Part shown: one piece after another, positions 1-12,530 of the stretch
Layout of the letters: each line of letters begins with the position of its first letter
Numbering within the stretch: the first letter of the stretch is position 1
Assembly: GCA_028534125.1 (NCBI GenBank)
Contig: CM052818.1
Span: forward strand, 35,466,001-35,530,000
DNA length: 64,000 nt
Direction of reading: 5' to 3'
From: Lama glama
Lineage: Eukaryota
Position numbers and translations under genes: made by a program
Notes under the pieces: model-generated
What the model saw: the letters and a program-made list of their open reading frames with translations, nothing else
The model's database searches: none
What the model was told of the DNA's origin: nothing

Positions 1-235
1 TGGATACTTCATCAATGGACGGATATTTGGATTATTTTCATTTTGGGGCTATTATGAGTAATGTTGCTGTGAACATTCGTGTGTAAGTGTTTGTGTGACT
101 GTGTTTTCACTTCCCCTGGATATATACTTAGGATTGGAATTACTGGGTCATTTGGTAACTCTCTGTTTTGCTTTTTGAGCAACTACCAAACTGTTTTCCA
201 AGGCAGCTGCACCATTTTACATTCTAGCAGTGATG
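1..235 (-). mobile_element. L1 (L1M-type) fragment
   Basis: GCTGTGAACATT...GGAATTACTGGGTCATTTGGTAACTCT...AAACTGTTTTCCAAGGCAGCTGCACCATTTTACATTC, typical antisense L1 3' region. Confidence 0.75.
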
Positions 236-284
236 AGGATTTCAACCCATGGTCTCTTGAGGTTCCCCCCAAGGGGCTCAGAGG

Positions 285-1160
285 GCTCTCACACTCAATG
301 TGTCAATATCTGAGCACACGCTCTCCTTTGTTGTGATAAATGGCACACCATTGTGCAGGCCAGACACTCGGGGACCATACATCAAGCTGTCTATGTTCTT
401 GACCCCTTCAGCCAATAAGTGCTCTCAGTTCTACCCCCTAAATAAATCTCAGGCCTGACAGTCTCTCAACTGCCCACACCCTGTCCACCAACATTACTCA
501 CTGGAATGGCCTACATAGTCTCCTGTTGAGGTCCCCACCTCCAGTCTTTTCTCTAGCAGAGTTATTTCTTTAAAATAAATTTTAAAAATAGAAGTAAAAG
601 TTATACACATACATGGTAAAAAGAATCAACTATTACCAGAAGATACAATGGCCCACAAGGCCCTCCCTGATCTGACTGCCAATTATCTGCCTGGCCTCAT
701 CTCCCACTTCTCTCCCCTGGCACACTCCAGTCCAGCCTCACAAGTCTCCTTTCTGTTCTTCAGACCCACCAGGAACACTCCTACGACAGGGCCTTTGCAC
801 TTGCTGTTCCCACTGCTTGGTAAGTTCTCTCCTTTGCCTCCTTCACCACTTTAGTCGTGTCACTAAGTGACGTCATCTCTGGCTCATCTGTCTAAAACTG
901 TAACCTTCCCACCCCCATCCCATCTTTCTCTTCTTCTTATTTTTTTTTTCTCCTAGCACATACCACTCTGTATCTTACTTTGGATTTTACTTATTTTATT
1001 TTTTCTTACTTATTTTACTTTTTTTTTCTCTCTTTCTAGAATACAAACTCCATTTTTCGGTTGTTTTGTGTACTTCTGTATCCCTAATGCCTTGGAAAAG
1101 GCCTGGCACCAAAGTAGCTCAGTAAAAAAGTGTTGACTGAATCAATGAATGAAAATCAAT
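285..1160 (+). mobile_element. L2 LINE relic
   Basis: GGCCCACAAGGCCCTCCCTGATCTG, CAGGGCCTTTGCACTTGCTGTTCCC; 3' end GCCTGGCAC...CTCAGTAAA...TTGACTGAATCAATGAATGA. Confidence 0.7.
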
Positions 1161-2691
1161 GAAGGAAAAACAACGATTTCTCATCTCTTTCCCCACCTCC
1201 AGCCCTCCAACCCAGGGGCAACCCCTCTCCACTGTTTTCTCTGGTAGTTAACTCAGTTTCTCTAAATAAGATGCCCCTGATGCTGTTCTTGATTAATCCA
1301 ATTTTTAAACATCTACCAACTCCCTCTGACCATACTACCTCTTTAGGGTTAATGGAATCCCCAAACTGATACTTTACATTTAGTTAAATCATTAGGACTA
1401 TGGAAATGTTCACTGAGAAGACAAATTTGCACTCTAATTATATTTCCTTCCTTAAACAGCGTTTTGCTTTTCCTCGAGTTTCTAATTGCCTGTGTCATTC
1501 CCTGCAATGTTCATTATTATCATCATCATAATCCTGATAATTTTTGTGTTGCCCCAAATTAGAGATTCTTAGGAGTTTTTCTTTTCCTCCATGGTACTTA
1601 CCACAATTTGCAGTTATGCATTTACGTGATTGCTTACTTTCTTAAATAACTGTCTCTCTTTGGAACAAAAGCTTCTAGAACAAAGGCTGCTCTGTTTACC
1701 AGAGCATTTCCAGCACCTGGCACCTTGCTCTGTGCCTGGCACATAATAGATCCTCAATACATATTTATTGAATAAATGAGCAGTAGAAACTGCAACATAT
1801 ACAGCCATTGGTAGCTGGGTAGTCAGGCGAATTGTGGATTATCTCTATAATGGAACAGTATTCACCGTTTGGAAACAAAGAACTATAAAGTCTGAATACT
1901 CTTTTCTAGCATCATTGTTTGGGTTCTTATTACTGCTGAGTCCTCCAAAGTTTGCAATGGCAAAGTAACCACATTATTATGCTCAAGGATTCCATGGGTC
2001 AGGAATTTACCTCCACGTTAATTATTTTTAAAACTTAACTTTGTGTTTTGTCTTATAAGATGTACACGGTTACCACAGAAAAGTCAGAAAATGTAAAAAA
2101 AGCAAATAGAAGAGCCTCCATCATCTAACTCATCTAGCAGTCAGCACTATGAATATATCCAGCGGGTTCTTTACAGACCTTTTGTATTTTGTTTTCTTAT
2201 AAACCCTCCCAGACTTAAACAAATGCATATGCAAATCCATCGTGCTGGGTTGTGACCCGTGTTTTCTACTCAGCAATATACTGTAACTGCCTCTGGATAC
2301 TCGGAGTACCAGACCTCAGCCTCTTTCCTCCAGAATGCTTTACCACATCATTTTATGTTTGTTTATTTGTTCCTTCCTTCAGTGAACAAACACCTGCCAT
2401 GTGCCGGACTCCAACCTGCATGTCGGGTGTTCAGGGTTGACGCAGCAGATGCTGGCTCTGCCCTCTTGGGGCTTATCATCCCTCGAGCACAGGGAAGCAC
2501 CGTGACTTAATCAACCAATCTCCAGTTGATGGGTATTTAGGTTGCTTCTATTTTTTAACTCTTACAAACACAAAAGCCTTCCTTCGTATATCTTCGTGCA
2601 TCTTTTCGTGCATTTTCTTAGGATAAAATCCTAGAAACGAGGCTGCTGTGGTAAAGGGCAGGCACATTGACAATATGGAGATGAAAATTCA

Positions 2692-2775
2692 GGGGGTGGG
2701 TAGAGCTCAGTGGTAGAGCACATACTGAGCATGCACGAGGTCCTGGGTTCAATCCTCATTAAAAAAAAAGAAAAG
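2692..2775 (+). mobile_element. tRNA-Ala-derived camelid SINE (vic-1-like), short form
   Basis: AGCTCAGTGGTAGAGC (A box)...GGTTCAATCC (B box), A tail; TSD GAAAATTCAG/GAAAATTTAG. Confidence 0.85.
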
Positions 2776-5454
2776 AAAATTTAGATTGCTGCTCACTCAT
2801 TCCAAGCTGCAAATGAGAGTCAACTTCTTAGCATTCCCCCAGCCCTGGGTATCAGCACACTCACACATCTCTATGGATCTGAAAGGAGGGAAATGATTAT
2901 CATTGACATAAACAAATTTTTTAATTGTTCCCATTGTGTCCTGCGTGGGATGCTGGGATGTGGTGGCCAGGACTCCTGAGGCATTTTATTTTGGATGCGG
3001 TAGGTATGTTTTGATACGGTTTTTGTTTCTTGTTTCCTTCTTGCTGGTGCCCCCCGGTGCTTTGGTCTCTCTGAATGGAGTTAACCATCCGGCCCTGTTG
3101 GGGAACAGGCTGTCTCTCCGACCCCTTTCCTGGTCTTCACATAGAGAGAGCCTGACAGCGTTAAATATGCAGCTCCTTCTTTGCATTGGACTCCCCTCTG
3201 CCCTTCTGTCCTCCCTGCTCTGCATTTGTCACCAGCAAGTCAGAATTTCACCTTCCTGTAGGGCTTAGTGTCACCTCTAGCCTTGAAGGGCTGATATCAT
3301 TTGGTGCCCTCTTTTCAAGGTCATAGATGAGAGTGTTTCCAGAGACTAGTCCTTGCTCAGACCTCTGAGCCTGACCACCGAGGCGAAGTCTTTCTTGCTG
3401 TCACGCCGGGTTCCTGTCTTGTCCGTGACCCCACACTGCCTCTCACACGGTGACACATTTTCTCTGAAGCACCTTTGGTGGAGAAGCCACACATCAAAGT
3501 CCCAAAGTATGACGAGATGGGACTCAACTCACCTACATGGTACCCTCAAGGCCCCATCCTTTACTCCTAGAGACAAGGCCTTGACCGAAAGGGTTATTTT
3601 GAGATAGGACAGTTTCAGATACCATGGCAGGATGTAAAAGAGGGAGCTTTGTATTTATTTTGTTATCATTCATTTAAAATTTATTATTAATAAAATTGTT
3701 TTCTTGCAGAGGGACTACGTACTTATTTTAGAGCATTTGGAAAATTTAGAGACAAATGAAAAAGAAAAAAACAAAAATTCCCGGGACCCCCTGGGTAAGC
3801 ATTGTTAGAATGTGGCGCACTTGCTCCAGGGCTGCTAATCTCTTCTGTATGCTCTGTTACAACGGTGAAAATGGGGTCAGACCTTAGATAACTGATTTAC
3901 CACTTGCTGTTTATCACTTGATAAACAGCGTGAACATCTTTCCACGTCATTACACGTTTTTCAACTTAATTTGGTCAATTACTAGATCTTCCCTGAGGGA
4001 GAGACTGCTGGGTACTCAGGTCCGCAGTGACCCTCTCATCCCCGTGGGCGCCCTGGCCCTGCCTTGCCCTCTGGGGGTGGCAGAGAGGAGAACCCCTCTG
4101 GGCCGTAGGCTCCGGCTAGTCTCAGGGTGGGGGCGGGGGAGGGGGGAGGGGGGATGGGGTGCGTCCTTGCCCTCCTTTGTCACATGGGCGGCCCTGGGGC
4201 TTTGAGTCTGTTATTTCAGATGGCCCAGATGGCCCCTGAGTGGACAGCAGTGGAGGTCAGTTGTGGAAGAGAGACTCCAGGGCCCCTGAGAACTTCTGAG
4301 AGCACCCCCAGCCCCATCTCCCTCCTCCTGCGCACACCCCCCACTCCTCCCATTCCCCTACCCCCCCCAAGGCTGTTCACATCCCATTACCCCTGGCTGA
4401 CCATCATTAGAGTCTAAAGACGTATGTGGGGCTGAGAGTCACTGGGCTCTGGGGCCTTTGTCATCTGCCCACTTCAGCAGAGTGCGGTGGGCTGAAGGCC
4501 GTGGGCACAATGGCAGATAGCTCCCAGCCTGGGCTGGCCTGAAAGCCTCTCCCCTCCCCAGCTCGTTTCCCCACCGGCGCCATCTGCTAACCTTGCCTTT
4601 TCAACTCAGATGCTTTTTAAAAGCAGAAAGGGAAGATGGAGATGTGACTGCCCCTTTTGTCTCCCCTCCCCGCCATCCCCCTCCCCAGTTAGGCCTGTGG
4701 AAGGGAGGCGGCAGCGGCCCAACTGGAGGCTGGGGCTTTGTTAGGGGAAGAGGGGCCCGCAGACCCTCTCCCACTGGCTGCAGCTGAAAAGCCAGGGTCC
4801 TGTGATGACATTTGTTTCCTTTTAATGACTGTCCCAGGGTTCTCAAGTCCAAGCCACCAGCAGCCCTGGGGACCAGTCATCACAGATGGAGCTGGGGCAG
4901 GGGGACGCGGCACGTGCCACTGGAGTGGCTGGATGTGTGGGGACAGCTGCCCTGCTCTGCCGGACCGCTGAAGAAATTCATAGACTCCGTCACGGCAAAC
5001 GTAGCCACCATTCTCTCCTCTTTTTTCAATCGGGGTATAGTTTACCTAGAGTGAGTTGTGTGTGTGCGGTGAGAATACCTTCTGTTCGCTTTTGACAAAT
5101 GCATACGCCTTTGTAATCCACGAGCATTTTCTCACCCAGAAAGTTCCCTCTGGTCTCTTCCTAGTCACCCCTCTCACCACCCCCAGGGGCAACTGCTCAT
5201 CCAATTTCTCTCACCCTAGATGAGCTTTGTTATCAACAGAACCATACATACTGTGAAAACTCTCCTGGAGTTTTTCACTCAATATAATGTTTTTGAGGTT
5301 CATCCATGTTGTTGCATTTATCAGTAGTTTGTTCCTTTTTTATTGCTGAGTGGTATTTCGTCCTATGACTATACCACAGGTTTTAATTGGTTTTCCTCAC
5401 AAATCACCCCATCCTTTTTTTTTGATGTATGTTTCTTTATACAGCACCAAATTG

Positions 5455-5803
5455 TTTTCTAAAAATTTATTTATTTTATTTTTATTAATTTTTAAAGGGG
5501 GGAGGTAATTAGGTTTATTTCTTTACTTACTTATTATTATTTTTTAATGGAGGTAATGGAGATTGAACCGAGGACCTTGTGCATGCTAAGCACACACTCT
5601 ACCACTGAGCTGTGCCCTCCCCACCACCAAATTTTTTTTTAACCTTAAAAATATTTTCATTTTTTTAATTTTATTTTTAATTTATTTTTTGGAGGGGGAG
5701 GTAATTAGGTTTACCTATTTATTTACTTTTAGAGGTAGTATCAAGTGAACCCAGGACCTCATGCATGCTAAGCATGCGCTCTACCACTGGAGCTATACCC
5801 TCC
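5455..5803 (-). mobile_element. Two adjacent vic-1-like SINEs (~5455-5622 and ~5660-5803)
   Basis: Each has GGAGGTAATTAGGTTT...GAACC.AGGACC...CATGCTAAGCA...CTCTACCACTG. Confidence 0.85.
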
Positions 5804-5829
5804 CACCGAAGTATTTTTCTTTATAGATG

Positions 5830-7170
5830 ATTCAAATCCACTTACACGTATGAATATGATTTATTTGGTCCTGGTTTGTCAAATTGCTTTGCATTTCACA
5901 CATTACATTAAATACATACTATTTGCTGTACATACCCAATCCATTTTTTCACTAGACGGACTCTTTTTGTTCTTTTTCTTCTTGTGGTATTTTGGAAGAT
6001 GCATAGTATGGTTCTAGTGATTCTTACTGATGGGTACTTTTATTGCAGAATACCTTTAGTTATCTCTCTATTTAGATATTTAAATATTGTCTCTTAACTT
6101 CCTAATATGATCCATACTGACATTAGTTATGAATTACTTCTCTCTCTCTCCTTTGCCCATTAATTTGTTGCTCAGGGTTTTACCTCTGTAATCTGAAATA
6201 AGCATCATTTGATTTTTCAATTTCAAGTGACATTGTTTATTGTCACCTCATAACCAGAGGCCGTCAGAGACCTTATTCTATTTTGTGCTATTGCCTTTCT
6301 GGTTCTCCCATGTTTAGTTAGTTGAATTATTTCTACCCTGTCACAGCATCTGACACTATATAGCTTCGTCTCTCTTTGCTCATCTTTTAGTTTTAGTTCT
6401 TCAGTTCCTTATATTTAATATCAACCGTCCCCTTGCCCACCACAGCCACAGACTTATGCTGAAGCTTCAGAACAATTCTGTAGTTGCCTTAAACTTGGTC
6501 TGTGGTAAGTGCCTGCATGTTCATGGCCTTTCTACTCAAAGAGTAGTTTAGCTAAAGATTAAATCCTTGGTTCACAATTTTCCGTGAGGATGATGCTTCA
6601 ATTAAAATATTGCTGCCAAGAAGTCCGATGCCAGTCTGATTTTCTATTGCTTTTCTTTGATTCATACTGGATTTGGACTTTTTGCATTATGCTCAAAGAA
6701 TATTTTCCTTGTAATTAGAGCCCAATGATTGTATTGGAATATTTGTCAGTATTTAACATTTTAAGTCAATTTTTCAAGTTATGGAATGCCCTTTTAATGT
6801 AAGCATTACAACATATGGATATCCATATTTTAAAGCCTTTTATCACAGCAGTGTTTCCTTGAATTACGGTTTTAAATATTCATTTGCTCCATTGCCTTGG
6901 TATTCTTTTCTGGAGATTTCAATAAAACATGTATCTGATCTCCCTTGTCTAGCTTCTTTATCATTTTCTCTAGAACCCTTTTCTTTCTTTTTTTTCTATG
7001 TGGTTTTTCTTTTACCTATGTCTTTTCACACTTTACTCCTTCTCTGTGCTTATAATTATGTGTTTGTGTTAACTTGTTCTTGTATTTCTTCTAGCTTAGT
7101 CTTTATCTCTGAAACATCACCTTTTCCTAATACATTTTTAAATTCAATAAGCATTCTTTCACATCTTCCT
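5830..7170 (-). mobile_element. Old L1 relic (T-rich antisense)
   Basis: Very T-rich; TTGCTGCCAAGAAGTCCGATGCCAGTCTGATT is a typical antisense L1M motif. Confidence 0.55.
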
Positions 7171-7297
7171 GTCCCTACCACCCACTCCCACCCCCTGAAA
7201 TAACTCCTTAAGGTGTTGTATCATACCCCCTTATTCTTTTGCCTGTTTAGATGGGATGGGGTTTCCTAGACCACTATAGGAGGGGCCCATGGAACAG

Positions 7298-8148
7298 TGT
7301 GAGATAGTAGAAAAAATATGTATATTGGCTTCTGCCCCTGTTCCTGGCACAGAGCTCCTGAAACCCTTGTAATTTCCTAAGTGATAAGAACACTAAGAAC
7401 ATCCCTTGTTCTACCGAGGTGACTCTGGGTGGGCTCCTGGATGGGGCTGGTCCCCAGAAAGACCAAGCCCTGATGAGAAGCTAGGAATTTTCAGCCCCAC
7501 CCTTCATCCTCCATAGAAGGGAGAGGCGCTGGAAATGCAGTTTCCTGCCTACGTAAGGAAACCTCTGTAAAAACCCAACAGTGCAGGGTTTGGGGAGCTC
7601 CCTTCCAAGTGGGTGAGCACATTCACACCGGGAGGGGGTGCACCCCAACTCCGCCGGGACAGAGGCTCCTGTGCTCAGGACCCTCCCAGACCCCACCCTA
7701 CGTATCCCTTCCCCTGGCTGTGCTTTTGTGGCCTTTACCTTATCCTTTAATAAAGTGGCAAATGTGAGCGTTTCCCTGAGTTATGTGAGTGGCTCTAGCA
7801 AATTAATCACACCTGAGGAGGAGGTCATGGGAACCTCCAATTTCTAGCCAAATTGGACAGAAGTTGTGGGACCTAAGGCTCGTAACTAATCTGAAGTGGG
7901 GGGCAGCAGTCTGGTGGGACTGAGCCCATAGCCTGTGGGATCTGACACTGTCTCCAGGTAGATAGTGTCAGAATTGAATTACTTTGTAGGACACCCAGCT
8001 GGTGCCGTAGAGAATTCTTGGGGTGGGGAAAACCCCACATGTGTTCAGTGAGCAGAAGCGTTGGAAGTGAAGTGTCCAGTGTGAACATTAAAGAAGACAC
8101 ACAGGAAAGGAAGAGACGGAAGGAAGAACTGGGTGGCATTTCTTGCAC
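7298..8148 (+). mobile_element. Solo LTR, MER21-like
   Basis: TG...CA ends; GTTCCTGGCACAGAGCTCCTGAAACCCTTG, CCAGAAAGACCAAGCC, AATAAA, TTTCCCTGAGTT.TGTGAG, GATAGTGTCAGAATTGAATT. Confidence 0.7.
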
Positions 8149-8331
8149 AAAGAGGTAAAAGGTCACATCCTTGTATCTGGAGGACTCCCTCCTCTTTTGT
8201 TACGCTGAAAGACACACATGGCTTTCTCTCTAGTCATTTCTCTCTCGAAAAATCACCCCTTTTTAAATAAGTTATATTGAAAATGATGCATATACCATAC
8301 AATTCATCCATTTAAAGTATACAAGAAAATG

Positions 8332-8455
8332 AGGGGAGAGGGTACAGTTCAAGTGATAGAGTGAATGCTTAGCATACACAAATCCTGGGTTCAGTCCCCA
8401 GCACCTCCTCCAAAACTAAATAAATAGTAAACCTGATTACTCCCCCTTCCAAAAA
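8332..8455 (+). mobile_element. vic-1-like SINE inside an L1
   Basis: Degenerate A/B boxes and AAACCTGATTACTCCCCC tail; TSD-like TATACAAGAAAATGA on both sides. Confidence 0.8.
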
Positions 8456-8970
8456 ATGTTTTTAATTAAAGAAAATAAAATATACAAGAAAATGACACTT
8501 GTAATATTCACAGAGCTGTGCACCCATCACCACAATCAATCTTGGAACATTTTCATCACTCTAAAAAGAACTTCATACCCATTAGTGATCACTCCCCTTT
8601 TTCCCCAACACCCCTGGCCCCTGGCAACCAGGAATCTACTTTCTGTCTCTAGGGATTTGCCTCTTCTGGGCATTTCATATAAGTGGAATCATATAGGATG
8701 TAGCCTTTTGAGTCTGGCTTCTTCCAATTAGTGTAATGTTTTAAGTATTCATCTATGTTGTAGCATCTGTCTGTACTTCATTATTTTCTTGCTGAATAAT
8801 ATTCCATTGTATGGATATATCGCATTTTGCTAATTTACTCATCAACTGATGGACATTTGGGTTGTTTCCACTTTTGGGTATTATAAATAATGCTGCGATG
8901 GACATTCATGTAGAAGTTTTGGGGAATACACCTAGGAGTGGACTTGCTGGGTCATATGGTAACTCTATGT

Positions 8971-9356
8971 TGTTAAAAGATAAACTGAGGCATAGTAAAA
9001 TTTTTAAGAGTTTGTGTGCACAAAATTGATCCAATCAGGCAGAATCCAATCTAGCAGACAGAGAGGTACTCCGAGGAGCTGTCCAAAATGAAAGAATTTT
9101 ATAGGCAGAAAGGATTGGGAACAAGGAAGTTACACTAGCAAAAAGCAGGTTGGTTATTGCAAAGTTACTTTCCTTTAGGGGATGACAGGGGTCTGTCAGA
9201 TTACCTAACTAGCGCTGATTAGGCCATTCCTGATTTCCTGCCTGACTGGTTTATGATCCCATTTCTGAGAGAGCCAAAACTAATTAAGCCTTGGTTTGGT
9301 GACATGGGGCTTAGAATAAGCAACTCCATGTTGTGCCTGTTGTCTTGTTTTTAACA
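8971..9356 (-). mobile_element. ERV1-like solo LTR inserted in L1
   Basis: Ends TGTTAAAA...TTTTAACA (inverted); imperfect 4-bp TSD ATGT/ATTT splitting the L1 motif AACTCTATGT|TTAACTTTTTG. Confidence 0.7.
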
Positions 9357-10039
9357 ATTTTAACTTTTTGAAGAGCTGCAAACTATTTTCCAAAGCAGAT
9401 ACATTATTTTACATCAAAATCAGCTGCAAATCTCCCCTTTAAGAGCAGCTGTTCTCCAAGATCTTATTTACTATCTTGAAATGAAATTTATACATAAGAT
9501 AAACTTCCCACACCCATCATGAATAGAAAATATTTCATTATAAAGATCTAACTATAATATAAAGGAGAACTAAAAGGAACATAATTGATACAGTTTTTAA
9601 AAAATGTGACCCTGGAGTCAGAAGACTGGCCTTCTCAAATGACTTAGAAACTGGTCTTAGAGGCGGCTCTCCCAGAGGGGTCTGTCGAATGTTCCAGCTC
9701 CGGCCCCACCACTGGCATCAATGATACCTGCCCAGGGGATGCTTTGAAGGAAGTCACTTTCATCTGACATAAAGGTTTTGGCCATTTTGTTAAAAACCAA
9801 ACTACTTTCCAGATGTCCTTGCACCGCTCACATCACATGCACACACGCGTGCCAGGCGCATACGCAGAGGAATGGGCTTTGGAGCTGCTGCACAGCAGGT
9901 CACTGTGCACCGGCTGCCCAGGCCAGGGCAGCAGGACATGAGGGCATGGCATGGGCTCTCTGGGCCTCAGGTTGTCTGCTGGGATTCGCTGTCTGAGCCG
10001 CTTTGAGGAAGGCATGAAAATGGAAGTCAGGCACCCAAC

Positions 10040-10480
10040 AGGCGGGGCTCAGAGATGGCACTGAGCTGAGTGCCTGTAAAAAGGCCACTTCAGGTCCCCT
10101 CCATGCAGTCATTGTTGGGTCTGGAGGAAGGAGGACCATTCTGGGGCTTATGAATGCCTCTCCTGCGATGCACTAATGGATGTACATTATCAGCGTCCTT
10201 CCTGGCCCCCACGTCACTCTTCCCCACCTCCACCCCTGGCTGGAGAACTCTGCATTCTTTTGGAAAAGCGGCTGTCATGCCGGAGGTTCTAACAAAGGCA
10301 TTTCCCCACAAAAAGACCATTATGATAACCACTGCGTCAGACGGTGGCTGCTGGTGCCTGGACTCTGGAGAGTCTGCTATGTTCTTAATGTCCATGACAT
10401 CTTCAGCAAGATCCCACCTCCAGGAATTCTGTTCTGATTACACAGGAATAAACCCTCCATTTGAAAAAAAGGAATTAGGA
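10040..10480. promoter_or_regulatory. nPE1 neuronal (hypothalamic) POMC enhancer; core ~10057-10230, MaLR-LTR-derived
   Basis: CTGAGCTGAGTGCCTGTAAAAAGGCCACTTCA and GATGCACTAATGGATGTACATTATCAGCGTCCTTCCTGGCC match the recalled nPE1 core; inverted homeodomain pair TAAT...ATTA at 10174-10189; ~10.6 kb upstream of the TSS. Outer limits approximate. Confidence 0.8.
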
Positions 10481-11321
10481 TAAGGCAGTGGCTCTGAATA
10501 AATACTCACTTGGTTCCACGTGGCCACACACACATACAGAGCACAAAGGCAGAGAGCCTGTCATTTCTGATGCAGGACTGTAAGCACCAACTTGCAGGCC
10601 TCTCTCCTGGGGTGCTGCACCCAAATTGGACCTGTGTGGAGAAGCAATCGCAGGGGCTCTTTGCCTGGGATTGGCCTCCTTCAGGCCTCCTGGAACCCCG
10701 AGGTAGCTGCCTGTAAGATTCTTCTCAGTAGAAAAGAAGACAATTAGTCAAGCGACCCCATTGGCTTCCTCTGGAATTTGGAGGGGAGAGAACAGAGAAC
10801 TGGCTGGCCCAAGAGAGGGGCCTCAAGCAGAAAATTCAGAGAAAAACAGGGCATGAGAAAGGCCCAAGAGACTGATGGACAGAGAGGGCATAGCTCCTCG
10901 GCCCAGTGGGCTCTGCTGTCCCCAGTCCAGGTCACACTCTGTGAGACTAGTTATTTTCTACCACAGAGTTTGACTCCAGATCCGATCTTCAAACCATAGG
11001 ACATCAGGCTTGGAAGGGACCCAAGGGCCATCTAGTCTACATCCCCTCTCCCAGCCACTGTCTGGATGAGGAGACTGAGGCCTGGGGGGGCGGTGCCGGC
11101 CAGGGTCCCAAGGCCACCCAGCAACAGGGCAGGGTCTGGGGCTGGAACCCAGGTCGGCTCTTCCTGCTCCCTTGACTCTGCTTTGGATCCTAAGGGGGCT
11201 GCAGACCAGCTCCTGGGAGGGGCGTGGACTTGGGTTCCTGGGCCCCTCTGCACCCCCTCCCACCCCACCCCGCCTCCAGGGCATGCAGATGGAGGCAGGG
11301 CTGTTGCACTGGGGCCCGCGT

Positions 11322-11470
11322 ATTAGCAGATAAAAGCAGCCTCAAGGGTCTCTTCATGAGGCCCCTTTGGCTGTTATAAAGCAAATTAAAACCCTATTCA
11401 AAGGTCAGTTGAAATCTCTTCCATTTCAACTCTCTGCACAAATTGATTCCTCTTTGCCCTTGGGGTCAAA
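11322..11470. promoter_or_regulatory. nPE2 neuronal POMC enhancer (CORE-SINE-derived)
   Basis: GATAAAAGCAGCCTCAAGGGTCTCTTCATGAGGCCCCTTTGGCTG...AAAGCAAATTAAAACCC...TCAAAGGTCA...AAATTGATTCCTCTTTGCCCTT matches recalled nPE2; nuclear-receptor site AAAGGTCA at 11400-11407; ~9.3 kb upstream of the TSS. Confidence 0.85.
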
Positions 11471-11914
11471 CTGAAGGCTGTTGAAGTGGCCCAGTCACCG
11501 TGCTGAATGGAGCCCGCAGTGAAAGAAACCGCAAATGGGAGTGTGTGTTGCAGGGGATAGAGGAGGGCAGGGGTGCCCTCCCCCATTTCGTGGGCCGTAT
11601 GGGGTGCCAGAGACCTTCGCCTCCATGGTGCTCCAGGTTTCAGGGTCCCTTTTTGGAGACTAGCTCTACCTCTGTCCCCCAACGCCCATCAGGCTCTCCT
11701 TCAGAGGAACTCGTAACTGCTGTTTCTATTGACAAGAATCTAATGGTAGTTAGGGTTTCTCGCACCTGCTCCTGAGTCTCAACAAGAATCCTCTTAAGCA
11801 CTGTCAGCTGGGGCTTTGGCGGTCCCCAGAGGAACTCAGAGAAATCAGGTAACTTGCCCAAGGTCACAGAGCTCATGGTTTCCTCCTCCAAACCCAGCTG
11901 CCTCCCCCACCTCC

Positions 11915-12530
11915 AGTCTTCCCCAGACCACTGACTGGCACCCGCCCCACCCCCAGCTGCTCAGACCAGAACTCCAGAACCATCCTTAACCACCCCTCAT
12001 TTTGCTTCACTTCCACATCTTCAAGTCCTATTGATTCTGACTCCTAAAGAGGCTGTTGGTTGCTTGCCCTTTGATTGGTTCTCCAGACAGCAGCCAGAGC
12101 CCCTTTTCAAGGGATTGGATCCTGTTACTCCATTGCTTAAAACCCAGCAATGACTTCCTTCTGCACTTGGCATAAAATCTAAATTGTCATCTAACAACCT
12201 TCTCAGCCTCCAAGGCCTGGTCCCTCATGTCTCTCAAATCGAGGACTGCTCCCCGGCCACCTGCTTCCACTCCAGCAGTCCCTGGAACCTCTTTTCTTCT
12301 CTGCTCCAGGGCCTTTGCACCTTCTCCCTTCTGCCAAGAAGACTTTCCCCTCCCCTCTCCCACTCTGTTTCCTTCATTGTATTTATCACAACTTGTAATT
12401 ATTTGCTGACTACTTTTAGCAGTTTCCCTAGAGCTGAAGGAAGCCCCCTTGGGAGCACAGACCGGATCTGACCTGGCACATGTAGGGTCAATAAGCATTT
12501 GTTGAGTGAGTGACTGAGTGAGTGGGTGAT
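11915..12530 (+). mobile_element. L2 relic
   Basis: TTGCTTAAAACCC, CAGGGCCTTTGCAC; 3' end CCTGGCACATGTAGGGTCAATAAGCATTTGTTGAGTGAGTGA. Confidence 0.65.

Larger units (their letters stand above)
8260..9415 (-). mobile_element. L1 3' region interrupted by a SINE and a solo LTR
   Basis: CCCTGGCAACCA...CTACTTTCTGTCTCTA, GATGGACATTTGGGTTGTTTCCACTTTT; L1 sequence resumes after 9356. Confidence 0.75.
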
